Below are positions 18,888 through 30,618 of a stretch of DNA of 64,000 nt, one piece after another (the stretch's first letter is position 1; each line of letters opens with the position of its first letter). The stretch is from Phoronis australis. Lineage: Eukaryota > Animalia > Phoronida. The notes below the pieces were generated by a model. It worked only from the letters and a program-made list of their open reading frames with translations, did not search any database and was not told the DNA's origin. The position numbers were made by a program, and so were the translations under genes. Location: the NCBI GenBank assembly GCA_002633005.1, contig NMRA01000209.1, positions 124,001 through 188,000 on the forward strand, in the 5' to 3' direction.

Positions 18888-21330
18888 ATGGGGAAGGACG
18901 CATTTTGCAATGCGATAAATTGCATGATTTCATCCACGAAAACCCCAGACGACCAGACGTGTCACTTTTTAGGTTTCCTAAGGATCCAGAAAGGTAAGGG
19001 TTATCTGTTATTCAGTAACATGATACATTGTCTTTCATTTTGTGCGTTGTTCACGGTTGTTAGACAAGTCGATTGTAGTCCCGTTGCCACTGTTCGGTTT
19101 GCAGCGTAGGCAAGGCTGCCGGCGGAAGGACTATGAGTAGGGCGGTCGAACCAAAATTTTTTTTTCGTTTTGAAAAAATTCTGTACTATCACCGGGAAGA
19201 TAATGCATCCTACTCAATAAAAATCGAAAAATTATCAAAATCGAGCCAAGCGGTGCAAAGTTATTGCAATTTTTGTGGTGAAGTTTGGGTCACTTGTTTG
19301 GATCGGTTCGGCCATCTTGGACGACAGCGGAATAAGTTATGAGTTTAAAACTTAGTATAAATTATTTTCGCCGATAATTTACGGTAAAAATTAGGGAGAC
19401 ATATCTTTACTTACTATTCTGCGCGATTCACTAGTTTTCACCAAATTTAAGCAGAGTGTTTCTGGACCTGTTAATTTGAGTTTTGTTTGATAGGGTAAAT
19501 TTTCACGCGCGTTAAAAATTATTAAACGTTGATGTTCAGCACGGCAAAATCACCTACACGCGGAAGTGACGTCACCAGCCAATATTTCAAAAGCGGTTTT
19601 AGATACACTCACATAACGCTTTTGCGCATGTCGGAGACATGTGACACTTGAATGCAGTTCAGTCCAATATTTTAAGGGGAGGTTGGCCTATAAAGAACCC
19701 GACGAAGAATTTTGAAAAAAAATATTTAACTTGTATTTATTTTGCTCTAAAGTTGAAATTTAACAAAATTTTTATGTTTAAGGACGAAATTAAAAATTCT
19801 TCGTCCGGAAAGTGAAAATTTGACCTTTCTTTTATATAAAAACATTTAATGCACCCCCCAGCTGGTGAATCCAACATGCGCAAAGAGCTGAAAAATGCCT
19901 ACTTGTCGGTGCCGCGGTTTCACGAGACTGGGATTCCTGAACCTGGACCTTCATTCAAAGGTGGAATTTCACACTTTAGTGGGCAGAGAGGTCAGACTCA
20001 TTTATTGTACGTTTAGAACGTTTATTTGAGAATCTGTTACTTTACTTTTTGTAGCTTAAGAATGTGGAGTTTAACTAATAAAAATTTTTGAAAATGGAAC
20101 TTGGGACATTGAAAATGACCCATCCAAAAACAAAATGGCCGACTTCGACCGCCCTACCATGAGGAACGTACGATGTGATCGTTAGCTTTTTGGATACTTG
20201 CAGTCCATGAATTACAAATCAAAATGTCACCCGTAGGATCGCAAGGATAATTTAGGAAAACATACCCATGCCCATGCCCATGGGTAATATGACTGGTGAC
20301 ACGGCCATGGCACAATCAAAGCCACTGTAGGGTCACAAGTCTGTCATGAGTCAAGTTAGAGAATGTGTGGGTCTCGGTGAAAAGATGAAAAAATCAACAT
20401 AATTTTAATGTGCCAGTTGGACCAATGGGGCTATTCGGAGAATTTTCCGCGGGCTGTCTCTGCTGTACTAGTAGTGATTGAATTGTGCATGCGTCGCTGT
20501 CTGCATGTAAACAGCTGGTAAAAAGATGGATTGTTATCAAAATACGTCGTCGCGCAAAGCCTTATTATTGCTATTTTCCCTGGTGCAAGTCTTCGACAGG
20601 TGGTCACAAATTACTAAAATACCTAAAGTTACTACATTCGTGGAGCATTGCGGTCAAAAGGGTCAACCAACTGAGAAAAAGTGTGTGGATGCCGAAGCCC
20701 CTTTGGGAGACTACATAAGGTTATTTGGTAAGTTTTTATCAATCAACTTCCTATCGACATTGTTATCCCCACCAGTTACCCACTGAATAACGGGTTTATT
20801 GAATGGAACTAAGTGTTTCTTTTCGGAAACTCACCCAGGACTCGGATGCCGGGTAGGCTAGCAGCACATACTCACATATTGTCCTCCAAGGGTAGGAATG
20901 CGCCCAATATAAAAGGTGTGTGGTACGTGACGCTCAGAAGTCAGGGGTGCCTTTTTCACAGCAGTTTCTCTTCAAAGCTATGCTATGTCCAATAAAATTC
21001 TATAGACGAGTGAGTTTATTTATTTCATAACAGACCCCACCCCCAGGACTACCAGATTAGTTACCGAATTAACATGAATATGCTATTCAGTAAAACGTCA
21101 TAACATTGCCTGTTTCACATAGTTTAATTCAGATCTTAAATAAGACTTGGGTACAAAGATTTAGTTTCTACATATAAACATGAAGATGAAGCGTCAAGTA
21201 TATTCTGCCTTACTCAAGTAGTTTTGTCTTGTGTTTTCTTTTATAATTTGCTAATATTTCTCTGATTATTCTATTACAGGTGAGAGAAAACGACTGAAAC
21301 CAGCCGCCATCTATTTTACCTTTGGACAAA
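18888..21330 (+). pseudogene. Decayed spliced THAP-domain gene (probably transposon-derived)
   Basis: Exon 18888-18992 reads MGKDAFCNAINC...TPD(frameshift)VSLFRFPKDPER followed by a GTAAGG donor. Weaker remnants: KRWIVIKIRR (~20520) and KRLKPAAI after TTACAG (~21280-21315). These match THAP CxxxxC/FPkD/W/LK..AvP motifs. Confidence 0.5.
19138..20156. mobile_element. ~1-kb non-autonomous DNA transposon, TIR TAGGGCGGTCGAA, probable 7-bp TSD (hATw-like)
   Basis: Perfect 13-bp TIR TAGGGCGGTCGAA/TTCGACCGCCCTA; flanks CTATGAG / CCATGAG (6/7 match). Confidence 0.75.
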
Positions 21331-23439
21331 GTGAAAAGTAATCCTTCAGCAATAACCTGAGAGATTTGAACCTACTTCAGAAATTCAGCCTTTGATATGC
21401 CTGATTATGGACTCCATTGCGTCGGAAAATTACAATTGTTTTTAACAATGTTGTTTCTTTATATACTTTTCTTACATGTGGAACTTTTGTTGTGGAAAGG
21501 TTATCAAAAAACTTAAAATTGTTCAAAGGTCTTCTTAAGAAAGCTCTAAAAATAATTACACACACAAACAAATCAACTGCAAACAAAGGCAATACTTCAT
21601 TTTGATCGCTGCACATTTCTAGAGGTCAACAGGAAAACGACAATTCGCAAGCGTAATGGCTAATCATTTCAGCTTTATAAAGAATAAGCACAACTGCTCT
21701 GTATGGGGCTTTAAAACTGAGGAAATATTGTGGTTTCAATAATTAGTGACAAACTTGCCTGTTGATGAAAAATTTATTTGATCATCAAAGTGTAACATTA
21801 ACGGGCTTTCTACTGACAATTAGACTATCGACGCAGTCACTGAATGTCATTTCCCAATAATGTGTACCAAATTGAAAAGTTTTTACCATTAGTATAAAGC
21901 CTTTCTTCTGAAAGGAAATGTTAGTGTCACTCAGAAAGGACACATATTTATACCAGATGCATTTGGTTTTCATTTCACAGAGATCTAGTTTCAATAGCCT
22001 ATATAAGCGCTTGTAAAAAAAGTCCAGTTTCGGCACGTGGCTTTCCTCCAGGTAACCTCATTCAGCCTCAATTGGATCCTTGAAGGTAAACACAACAGCA
22101 TATCACTTGACTCGTTTCGTGCCCAAAATCTGACCCTGAACTAGACCAGAGTGTCACTATGTCTTGTCTAGCTTCAATCCAGCATGTTTCTTCCAGGAAA
22201 GGAAATGAGCTATTGTCCACACATGACTTATTGCCTATGAAAGGGCATCCTCACCAACGAGGCTGACTTGTGTAGCAGTAGATATAGTTCCTCTTCATAC
22301 ACAAACAACATGTTAGAGAGTGACAAGGTTGGTCAGACTTTCTTGTTGTATTGGTTGGTGTATGTGTTTCCTATTTTGTACGTTTTTGGAGATTGTGATT
22401 AATTTAAGTCCCAGTTGTGGCTAGGTATCAGATACGACCTTGTAGTCTGGCTTTAACTTACCTGAAATATTTACTGTTATTGATAACAGGAACAGTGGGT
22501 ATATAAATAGAATTTTGGTTTTATCATCCAAGTCTTTTTAATTCAGTTTTGTATGAAGCTATGTGGGTAGTGAATATTTTGAGTGCTGTTCAGTACCTTT
22601 TAATTTTTGGTCATGACATTTGAACTTTGAGTAGTTATGAGTGATTATATACTCAATGTTACTTCATTTTGTAAGTTGTGAGCTATTCTACAGATTAGCA
22701 AGTGACTTGTTACTGGTGGTGAGTGGGAGAGTGGGATTGAGCCCTATACTGGCATGTATAAGAAATAATGGAATGTTCTAAAATTGTATTACGATTTTGT
22801 GGTAGTGATGAATTGCCTTGCTTTCTTCTTCTCACTTGTGTAACACCCACTGCACAAAACAATTGTTTGCATTGCTAGTATCCTGGTGCATTGAATAGGG
22901 AACACATGCGGAATTGTTGGGTGGAGATGAAACCAGCAATGAGCTGGGAGCAACATGTTTGTCAATGGTCAGGGGAACAACCAAAATGTGTGACAATGGG
23001 AGGGGCTCAACACCCATGTGGCATACATACCCATTGGTTTTTACCTGTTTAGCACTCCTCCCATGTAATCCCCCCTGGGAGGGGTCAACACCCATTTGGC
23101 GCCCACCTGGTTTTTGCCTGGTACCCCCTAGCTGGCACCTGGGGGAATTCCCCTCTGAACCCCCAGGGGCAATCATTCAAATTATGTAGTCCATGGAGGT
23201 ATGAACTGTTATAAGGAACGATAATTGCCGTGTTCAGAACTCAAACATGAAACAAAACGGGGGTGTATTTTGAAGGGAGCTTCAAGAGAATAAAAACAAA
23301 TTCACTTTAATATTGATTAAAATATACATTTTCTTTCTCATTCTATTGTAAGTGGATGTTAGTTTATGTATTCTAACCATTTTCAATCACACAGTAGTTT
23401 TATTGCTCATTGAATGTCATTAAAGTATGAATTTATCAG

Positions 23440-23550
23440 TGTTTACATTGTTCGGACTGCGCTCCTAACTAAGTGTTGATTATTCACCGCTTTGGGCGCT
23501 AGTGTTTCGATCGGTAACCATTGCGGCGAATGGTAAAATGGCGGAGTGAA
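23440..23550 (+). promoter_or_regulatory. Candidate UCKL1 promoter and micro first exon (ATG 23538)
   Basis: CpG-rich patch with AAAATGGCGG (YY1/Kozak-like). ATGGCGGA|GTGAAC gives a phase-2 end that would splice in frame to exon 30619 (M-A-D-N-N-S-D...). The donor is weak and this is unverified. Confidence 0.3.
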
Positions 23551-23963
23551 CTCTCCTGTACTAGTACACTCCTTGCTTCAAGTTCAACAAGTGTACAGTT
23601 ATTATTGCCAGTTTCGGAACCCGGTTAACTCCTGAAAGTTAATTGATTGAATAAATTTGAAGATATACGAAAAAGTTGTCTCCGTTATCAAGCTAATGTT
23701 AATCTGGTCTGTGAACGACGTCAGTTAAATTAAAATTCTTGATTCCTAATTCTTGACAATTGCAATCTAGTAGTTGTCTTGCGGATTGTTCTCAAAATCC
23801 TCTCGACCCAACACCCCTCGACCCCACACCCCTCGATCCCCACGATCCCCTCAACCAACACCCCCCATGACCCACAACCCCCTCAACCCACCACATACAA
23901 TACCCCAAGCCAGGTTCGGCACCATCACCTTGGCCTCGGCTTCACTGGCTCTGGCTGGTTTAA

Positions 23964-25452
23964 AGGCGAAGGCAACCTTTTTCCATGTCATTTTGAGCTA
24001 AAATAAGGTTGGTTGGTTATCCTAGACATATTTTCCATTTAATTACAGCTTTTCGTAATTTTATAAATTACTCGTCCGCTACTCCGGAAGTGACGTTTTA
24101 GGAGGCAAGCATTTCTCGCCACTTGGTTTTGCGTTGACTTTACCGTGCGAATGTGTTCTATTCTACTTTTGTCTTGTGCTGTTTTTCAACAATTGTCGCC
24201 ACCACTTTCCATCGGCGAGTATTCTGCGGCAAGATAGGTAAGTAGAGAACTCAACTACGTTGGATTTAGGGATTGTTTNNNNNNNNNNNNNNNNNNNNNN
24301 NNNNNNNNNNNNNNNNNNNNNNNNNNNNNNNNNNNNNNNNNNNNNNNNNNNNNNNNNNNNNNNNNNNNNNNNNNNNNNNNNNNNNNNNNNNNNNNNNNNN
24401 NNNNNNNNNNNNNNNNNNNNNNNNNNNNNNNNNNNNNNNNNNNNNNNNNNNNNNNNNNNNNNNNNNNNNNNNNNNNNNNNNNNNNNNNNNNNNNNNNNNN
24501 NNNNNNNNNNNNNNNNNNNNNNNNNNNNNNNNNNNNNNNNNNNNNNNNNNNNNNNNNNNNNNNNNNNNNNNNNNNNNNNNNNNNNNNNNNNNNNNNNNNN
24601 NNNNNNNNNNNNNNNNNNNNNNNNNNNNNNNNNNNNNNNNNNNNNNNNNNNNNNNNNNNNNNNNNNNNNNNNNNNNNNNNNNNNNNNNNNNNNNNNNNNN
24701 NNNNNNNNNNNNNNNNNNNNNNNNNNNNNNNNNNNNNNNNNNNNNNNNNNNNNNNNNNNNNNNNNNNNNNNNNNNNNNNNNNNNNNNNNNNNNNNNNNNN
24801 NNNNNNNNNNNNNNNNNNNNNNNNNNNNNNNNNNNNNNNNNNNNNNNNNNNNNNNNNNNNNNNNNNNNNNNNNNNNNNNNNNNNNNNNNNNNNNNNNNNN
24901 NNNNNNNNNNNNNNNNNNNNNNNNNNNNNNNNCGTTGTTTCGCAGGGACCTTCATCAGTTCAGCGTACAAATCCCTTTCGTAATCGGACGGCAGAAAGTG
25001 CTTGCCACACACACGGTAAGTCTCCAGTGCTTTGTACGTTGCGTGGACGGGTAACGCTGCGTTCTTCACACGAACGAGCCAAGTACGGCGAAGTGTGTCA
25101 TCCATCGGAAAGCGATGCAAAGGTACTCCCAAAGCGCACGTGAGCCGATAATTAGTACATCCTGGTACGCAGCAACAGCGTGGCATGTTGACTGACTAGT
25201 GAATGAAAGCAAACGACAACGGAACTTAACACAACCGAGGTAGAACAATGACTGACTCGGCAGCTCTCACAGTCAGACTATATGAAAAGAAATTGGCGCG
25301 AAATGCTTGCCTCCTAAAACGTCACTTCCGGAGTAGCAGACGAGTAATTAATAAAATTACGAAAAAGCTGTAATTAAGTGGAAAATATGTCTAGGATAAC
25401 CAACCAACCTTATTTTAGCTCAAAATGACATGGAAAAGGGTTGCCTTCGCCT
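23964..25452. mobile_element. Kolobok-like DNA transposon: TTAA TSD, AG..CT ends, ~160-bp nearly identical TIRs, THAP ORF
   Basis: TTAA|AGGCGAAGGCAACC... (23960-23963) and ...GGTTGCCTTCGCCT|TTAA (25453-25456). TIRs ~23964-24121 and ~25294-25452 differ at only a few positions. The interior contains a THAP ORF and an N-gap. Confidence 0.85.
24933..25186 (-). CDS. THAP zinc-finger domain protein of the Kolobok-like element (3' part lost in gap)
   Basis: MPRCCCVPGC...LHRFPMDDTLRRTW...RVCGKHF: complete C2CH THAP signature with the conserved P, W and F. Confidence 0.85.
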
Positions 25453-25829
25453 TTAAAGAACACTGTCACTGTACATAATTTTTTCAAGAGTCGGTTTGAC
25501 AAGTTTGAAAGGCAAAAACAGAAAAATAAAACAATGCGACCAAATCAAATCAAAGACCTACCAACATGTCATTCCCAGGAGAGTAATCGTCTCGTCTGCT
25601 CTTCCAGCTTGAACAAATGCTCCTGTAATCCAGTAACCAAATTACTTTCTCATCAAGCAGTCCACCATTCAGTTGCCCAAATCATTGGCTGTTACCGTAT
25701 TATGTGACTGGAATGTTGTGTGCATCAAGATCAATTTTTTGTCTGTTATTCCAAAACTAGACAGTTGTGGCACCATTGTTTAATTCATAATTTCACAAGA
25801 AATTTCCATACATAACCATTGTTGGAAAA

Positions 25830-25950
25830 GGAGGCAGTGTGGCCTGGTTGATAAGTCCCTGCTTTCTTTACTCGAGGCCGTGGGCTCGAGTCCCACTAGG
25901 TCACACTGCTAAACCCTTGAGCCAGGTTTCTAGCTCCTCAGCTCGGTTTT
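25830..25950 (+). mobile_element. tRNA-derived SINE head
   Basis: A-box-like TGGCCTGGTTG and B-box-like GGCTCGAGTCCC at tRNA spacing, followed by CCCTTGAGCCAGG, a typical SINE body motif. No intact cloverleaf. Confidence 0.5.
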
Positions 25951-26097
25951 AACCATATATTAATAAAGCATAAAAATTTTTCCAGGTGATCAATGCAATG
26001 GGCCCACACGCGAGGCCTGCGCACGTCTGGTACAACGTGTAACAGACCGCCTGCAATTATTCTATTTTTTATTCTTGGAAAAGATCAAAAACAATTG

Positions 26098-29000
26098 AAG
26101 GACAATAACATGAAAAGGTAAAGCTCGAGACAAAAAATTAGAATTGTTTCTATTCTAACATTTGTGGTCTCATCTGAAAGCTCATTCTCTCTATTTCAGT
26201 ACCCATATTTGATTGTCCTATAACTTTAAATTTTTTGCCTAAATGGACCCATTTTTGGGGGTCACTTGACTCTAAAAAATTAGCTCGCTTTTCATGTGTG
26301 TTGCTAATTGTCATAAAAAGCTAATCGTGGGTATTTCACTATACTATCAAATTTGTGCAATCACATGAACCCCAAACTTCGTAAATAATAACATTTCAAC
26401 TTTAGCACATCATCGACCTCTTGGGATCAAAGGTCAACTCCTGGATATCATGGTGCTGTACGTCGGTCAAAGGAAAGTGTTAAGAAGTTTAGTTATGTCA
26501 AAAGTTTTCAATCAAAATTAAAATAATTTCAGATTCTCTTTTAACTTGTTACTGTCACGTATGTCCATCACACCCATTAAATTACAATTTTTCAGCCAAT
26601 TAAAATAACCGTAGGTCATATTTTTACTTTCTAAACTTGCAGAAAATAAAATGTATCACACCTTAACACAGTAAAATATTACAAAGGCAGCTTTAAAATT
26701 ATGCGAAGAAGTTGCTACAGATCTAAACTAAATGCATTGGACTTTTTCAATTTCAGAAGTATGTGCAGAAAAGTTATACTTTACAATGTCACCTAGTTAT
26801 TCTTAATAAAACTCAACTTATTAAAATCAGACTGTTGGACCCCATTATAAAATGTAAATAAAACAAAATGTTTTATTTTAATGAACTTATTGTTTTTCTG
26901 TTGTACCTGTCTTTGTAAAGAAATGCTTAGCTTTTGGGAAATTCAAGATGCAAAAATATTCATACAAAAGAATTCCGAATTTGCTATAAAGTATAAATAA
27001 CAAGAGACCTAAAGGAATACATTATTGTCAAGTTGCTATTGCGCTGGAATCAACATGATATTTCTGCTCTGACCTGCTGTGCTATGTTTTGTTTTGAAAA
27101 AGACGATACTGGGCATTTTTAAGCTGTAGGAACCTGTCACCTTTATTGAGCATTTTTGGCACACCCTCACAGACTGTAGTCACTCTTTTTGTGTCTTTCA
27201 GTGTATTGGGTCATTGGGTGGCTTATATGAAATGATTTCAGAGCAAACGATTACATTTTCTCATCTTACATATTTTTGATCCCTCAGTCTTTTTAAGAAT
27301 TAGACTAATTTTTTTCTGCTGAGCTTTGTGGACATTTAACGAGCATTTAGAAATGATAGAGGAAGTCGTTGGAGACCACGGGGAGAACAGATGCAACTGG
27401 AAGAGGAATAAATACGTGCCGGAATATTTTCTGAAACTCAAAAATATTGCCATCGTGGATCAAGAAATTTATAATACTTGCACGTACTGTGATGTGACAT
27501 TATTTAAAGCCTCTCTTTAAATTTGAAAAGAAGGACTGAGTTAACGAGGTGGATGAAAACCTAATGGTGCTGATCACTAAATAGAGACCAGCATCTGATA
27601 ACTCCTAAGTCATAATCCTGAATTAATTTAAAATATCTTGTTTTCACACTGAAGTCAGCACTGATGATTTGAATCAAAATATGAACGCCAAAAGTCGTTG
27701 CTGTCTACTAAACCATGCTCCACACTTTGTGTTAAGAGGATAATGAAGTTCTGTAACTAATATTTTTAAAACATCACCATTATTACTTACATGGGCCATC
27801 AATGGCATGATTCAGATAATAATTTTGTACATGCTTAGGGCAAGTTCTAATTTAAAAAAACAATTAAGTAAATTGCGTTTTTATGACAGTGGTTAGTTCT
27901 GTTTTAAACTTTATTTCACATTTTATCTTTTGAGTCATATTTACTTATTAGTTTTGAATTCAGTATTCTATTTAACGCATAAAAACAGGTTTTCCTGATA
28001 ACTAATAGCTGTCAAATACAAATGATTATCGCTCTCATTCCCATCTGTATTGCTTACCATCTTCAAAGGGGAAGTGAAGATTTTTTGGTGTTGTTTTATA
28101 TTTTTAATCAAATGTATTGAAAGATTAAAATCCTAGAGTAAATTCCTAGCATAGGCCTACCTGTGTTGATTTTGTGCAAAAAGTCAATCGGTACATTTTA
28201 ATCAAAAACATCGTATTAGTAGCAAAAGACCAGCTTAAATACTGCAAAAGTTTGAATCATTCTGAATTGATATCTTACTCACAACAAACAATTTAATAGT
28301 AGAAATTCAGAGCATGTGTCCGTCACATATGTCCATGTACATCCGTCACACTAACTCAACTTATATATCGAGCTCTCAGACAAAATTTTCTTTGAAGATA
28401 TCATCAAAACTATTAGCGTGTTGTACTTTGCAAACATTCCACTAAATCATCATTTAAAACAAATACTTGTAACTAAATGCAACTCAAAAGAAAATTAATC
28501 ATGTTAAAAATTTTTAAAAAAATTCGAATTCTCTGCATACATCTGTCACACCCCTTTAAAGGCAATTTTCTCAGTCAGATTAAAAGAGAGGGGAACAGTT
28601 GAGACACACTTTGGAAGCTATCGATGAGACCTATCAATTGATGTATTATTTACTTTCCTAGGATGAACATTTTTTCACAATTGATCAAAATGTTCTCTGA
28701 TTGTACGTCCGTCACAAATGGAATTGCTCTTCTAAGTTCTGGTTCAATCTTCTCGAAGCTTAGTAGAAAAAGAGTTATAAATCTTACTCAAAATGATTGC
28801 GAGATCAAGGCTCTTGTTTTGCCAAAAATGTGTAAAATGAGACAATGTAATCATTTGCTATGAAATCATTTCATACAAGCCACCCAAGACACTGAGAAAC
28901 ACAAGAGCTAACTACAATCACTGAAGGTATGACAAAAATGCTTAGTACTGTAGGTTGCTACTAAATTGGCTTTTTCAACAAAAAACAGCATAGTGAGACA

Positions 29001-30038
29001 GAGCGAAAATGACATGATTATTCCAGCAGAACAGCAACTTGACATGCATTCTTTTAGGTCTCTTGTTATTTAAACTCCAGAGCACCCGTGGAAATCTTTT
29101 ATATGAAAAGTTTTTGCTTCGGACGCTTTAAAAAAACTACTTCTTTACAAACATAGGGCACTATCACAAAAACAATAGGTTCATTAAATTAACATTTTGT
29201 TTTATTTATATTCTGTGATGTGGTCCAACTGTCTAATTTTAGCAAGTTGAATTCTCCTTAAAATAACTAGATGACACCATAAAGTATAACTTCTCAGCAA
29301 TTACTTTGAAATTGAAAAAGTCCAAAACATCTATTTTATATCCATAGCAACTTCTATACTTAATTTTATGACCGTCTTTATAATATTTTATCGTTTTAGG
29401 TGTGAGACAAATTCCATCTTCTGCAAGTTTGGAAAGTAAAAATAAGACCTAAGGTTATTTTTATTGGTTGAAAAATTGTAATTTCATGGGTGTGACGGAC
29501 GTACGTGACGGATGTACAAATTTTCTGTACATCCGTCTTAACAAATAATCCCTGTGCTCTTAAATTTTGGTCCATAGTAATTCAGAAACAAGTTAAAAGA
29601 GAATCTGAAATTATTTGAATTTTATTGAACACTTTTGGCGTGACAAAACTTTTTAGTACTTTTCTGATGGACCCAAGGCACCATGATATCCAGCAGTTGG
29701 CCTTTAACCCAAAGAGGTCGACAATGCAATACTGATCAAATGATATTTTTGGAAAGTTTAGACTTCATGTGATTGTACAAATTTGATAGTACAGCAAAAT
29801 ACCCATAATTAGCTTATTTATGACGGTAATTAGCCAGACACATGAAAACTGGGGAAATTTTTTATGGTCAAGTGACCTCCAAAATGGGTCGTTTAGTAAA
29901 AAAATCAAAAGCTATAGGAAATTCATATAAGAGCCCTAAAACTAGAGAGACTGGGCTTTCAGATAACACCACAAATATTAATCTAGATACAATTTTAATT
30001 TTTTGTCTCTAGGTTGACCTTTTTGTGGAATTACCTTT
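26098..30038. mobile_element. ~3.9-kb foldback element with ~1.2-kb diverged inverted arms
   Basis: Collinear reverse-complement anchors: 26125 GAGACAAAAAATT/29997 AATTTTTTGTCTC; 26521 AAATAATTTCAGATTCTCTTTTAACTTGTT/29587; 26995 AAATAACAAGAGACCTAAA/29053; ~27218 GGTGGCTT...GAAATGATTTCA/~28861-28884. Sola2-like GAGCAATTCCA terminus motif (reverse) at ~28719-28729. Confidence 0.8.
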
Positions 30039-30618
30039 CAGTGAAATACTAAAACTAACCATGATTGCTCTAGCAATGTAACTGCCGGTAAGTTTTCATT
30101 CCCTGGAACCACGACAAACTGTGCCAGGGAAATCCCATCATCACAGCTCACAGGTCTGTCATCAGGATTCTGATGCATTTCAGTAGATTTCACTTCTGAA
30201 TCAGTTTCCTCACACAATGCAAGTAGACTGCACATCTAGAGCACTGCAAAGCAAAGACTTTTCCAGCAAAATCCGTATGGGGGAGGAGACAACAGTTGAA
30301 ATAAAAGATTGTGGGTGGTTGTCTTGTGAAGGAAATTTTAATTATGGGTGGTCCTTCTTGAAACAGCTAAATCATTAAAAGTGGTTGTTGTTTTTTGTCC
30401 CGTAAATGTAAGTGAGCTGATTCTTTTATTTTTTAATAATGGTGCGGTTCACACAAGTTGCCGAGATTTGCCTGTTACGGAGAGAAGTGTAAAAAAAACT
30501 GGAGTCGCGTCAGTTGAAATTGCCAAGTTGCACACATGTGACTAAAGCGGTAGGTGGTCAAATTCAATTTAACTTATTTTTTATGCCAGTTTTAAGTATA
30601 AGATCCAATCATTTACAG

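Noticed and set aside
25830-25905. tRNA gene candidates (also ~10220-10285 and ~51638-51685)
   Set aside because: Only A/B-box remnants without a complete cloverleaf; interpreted as SINE heads.
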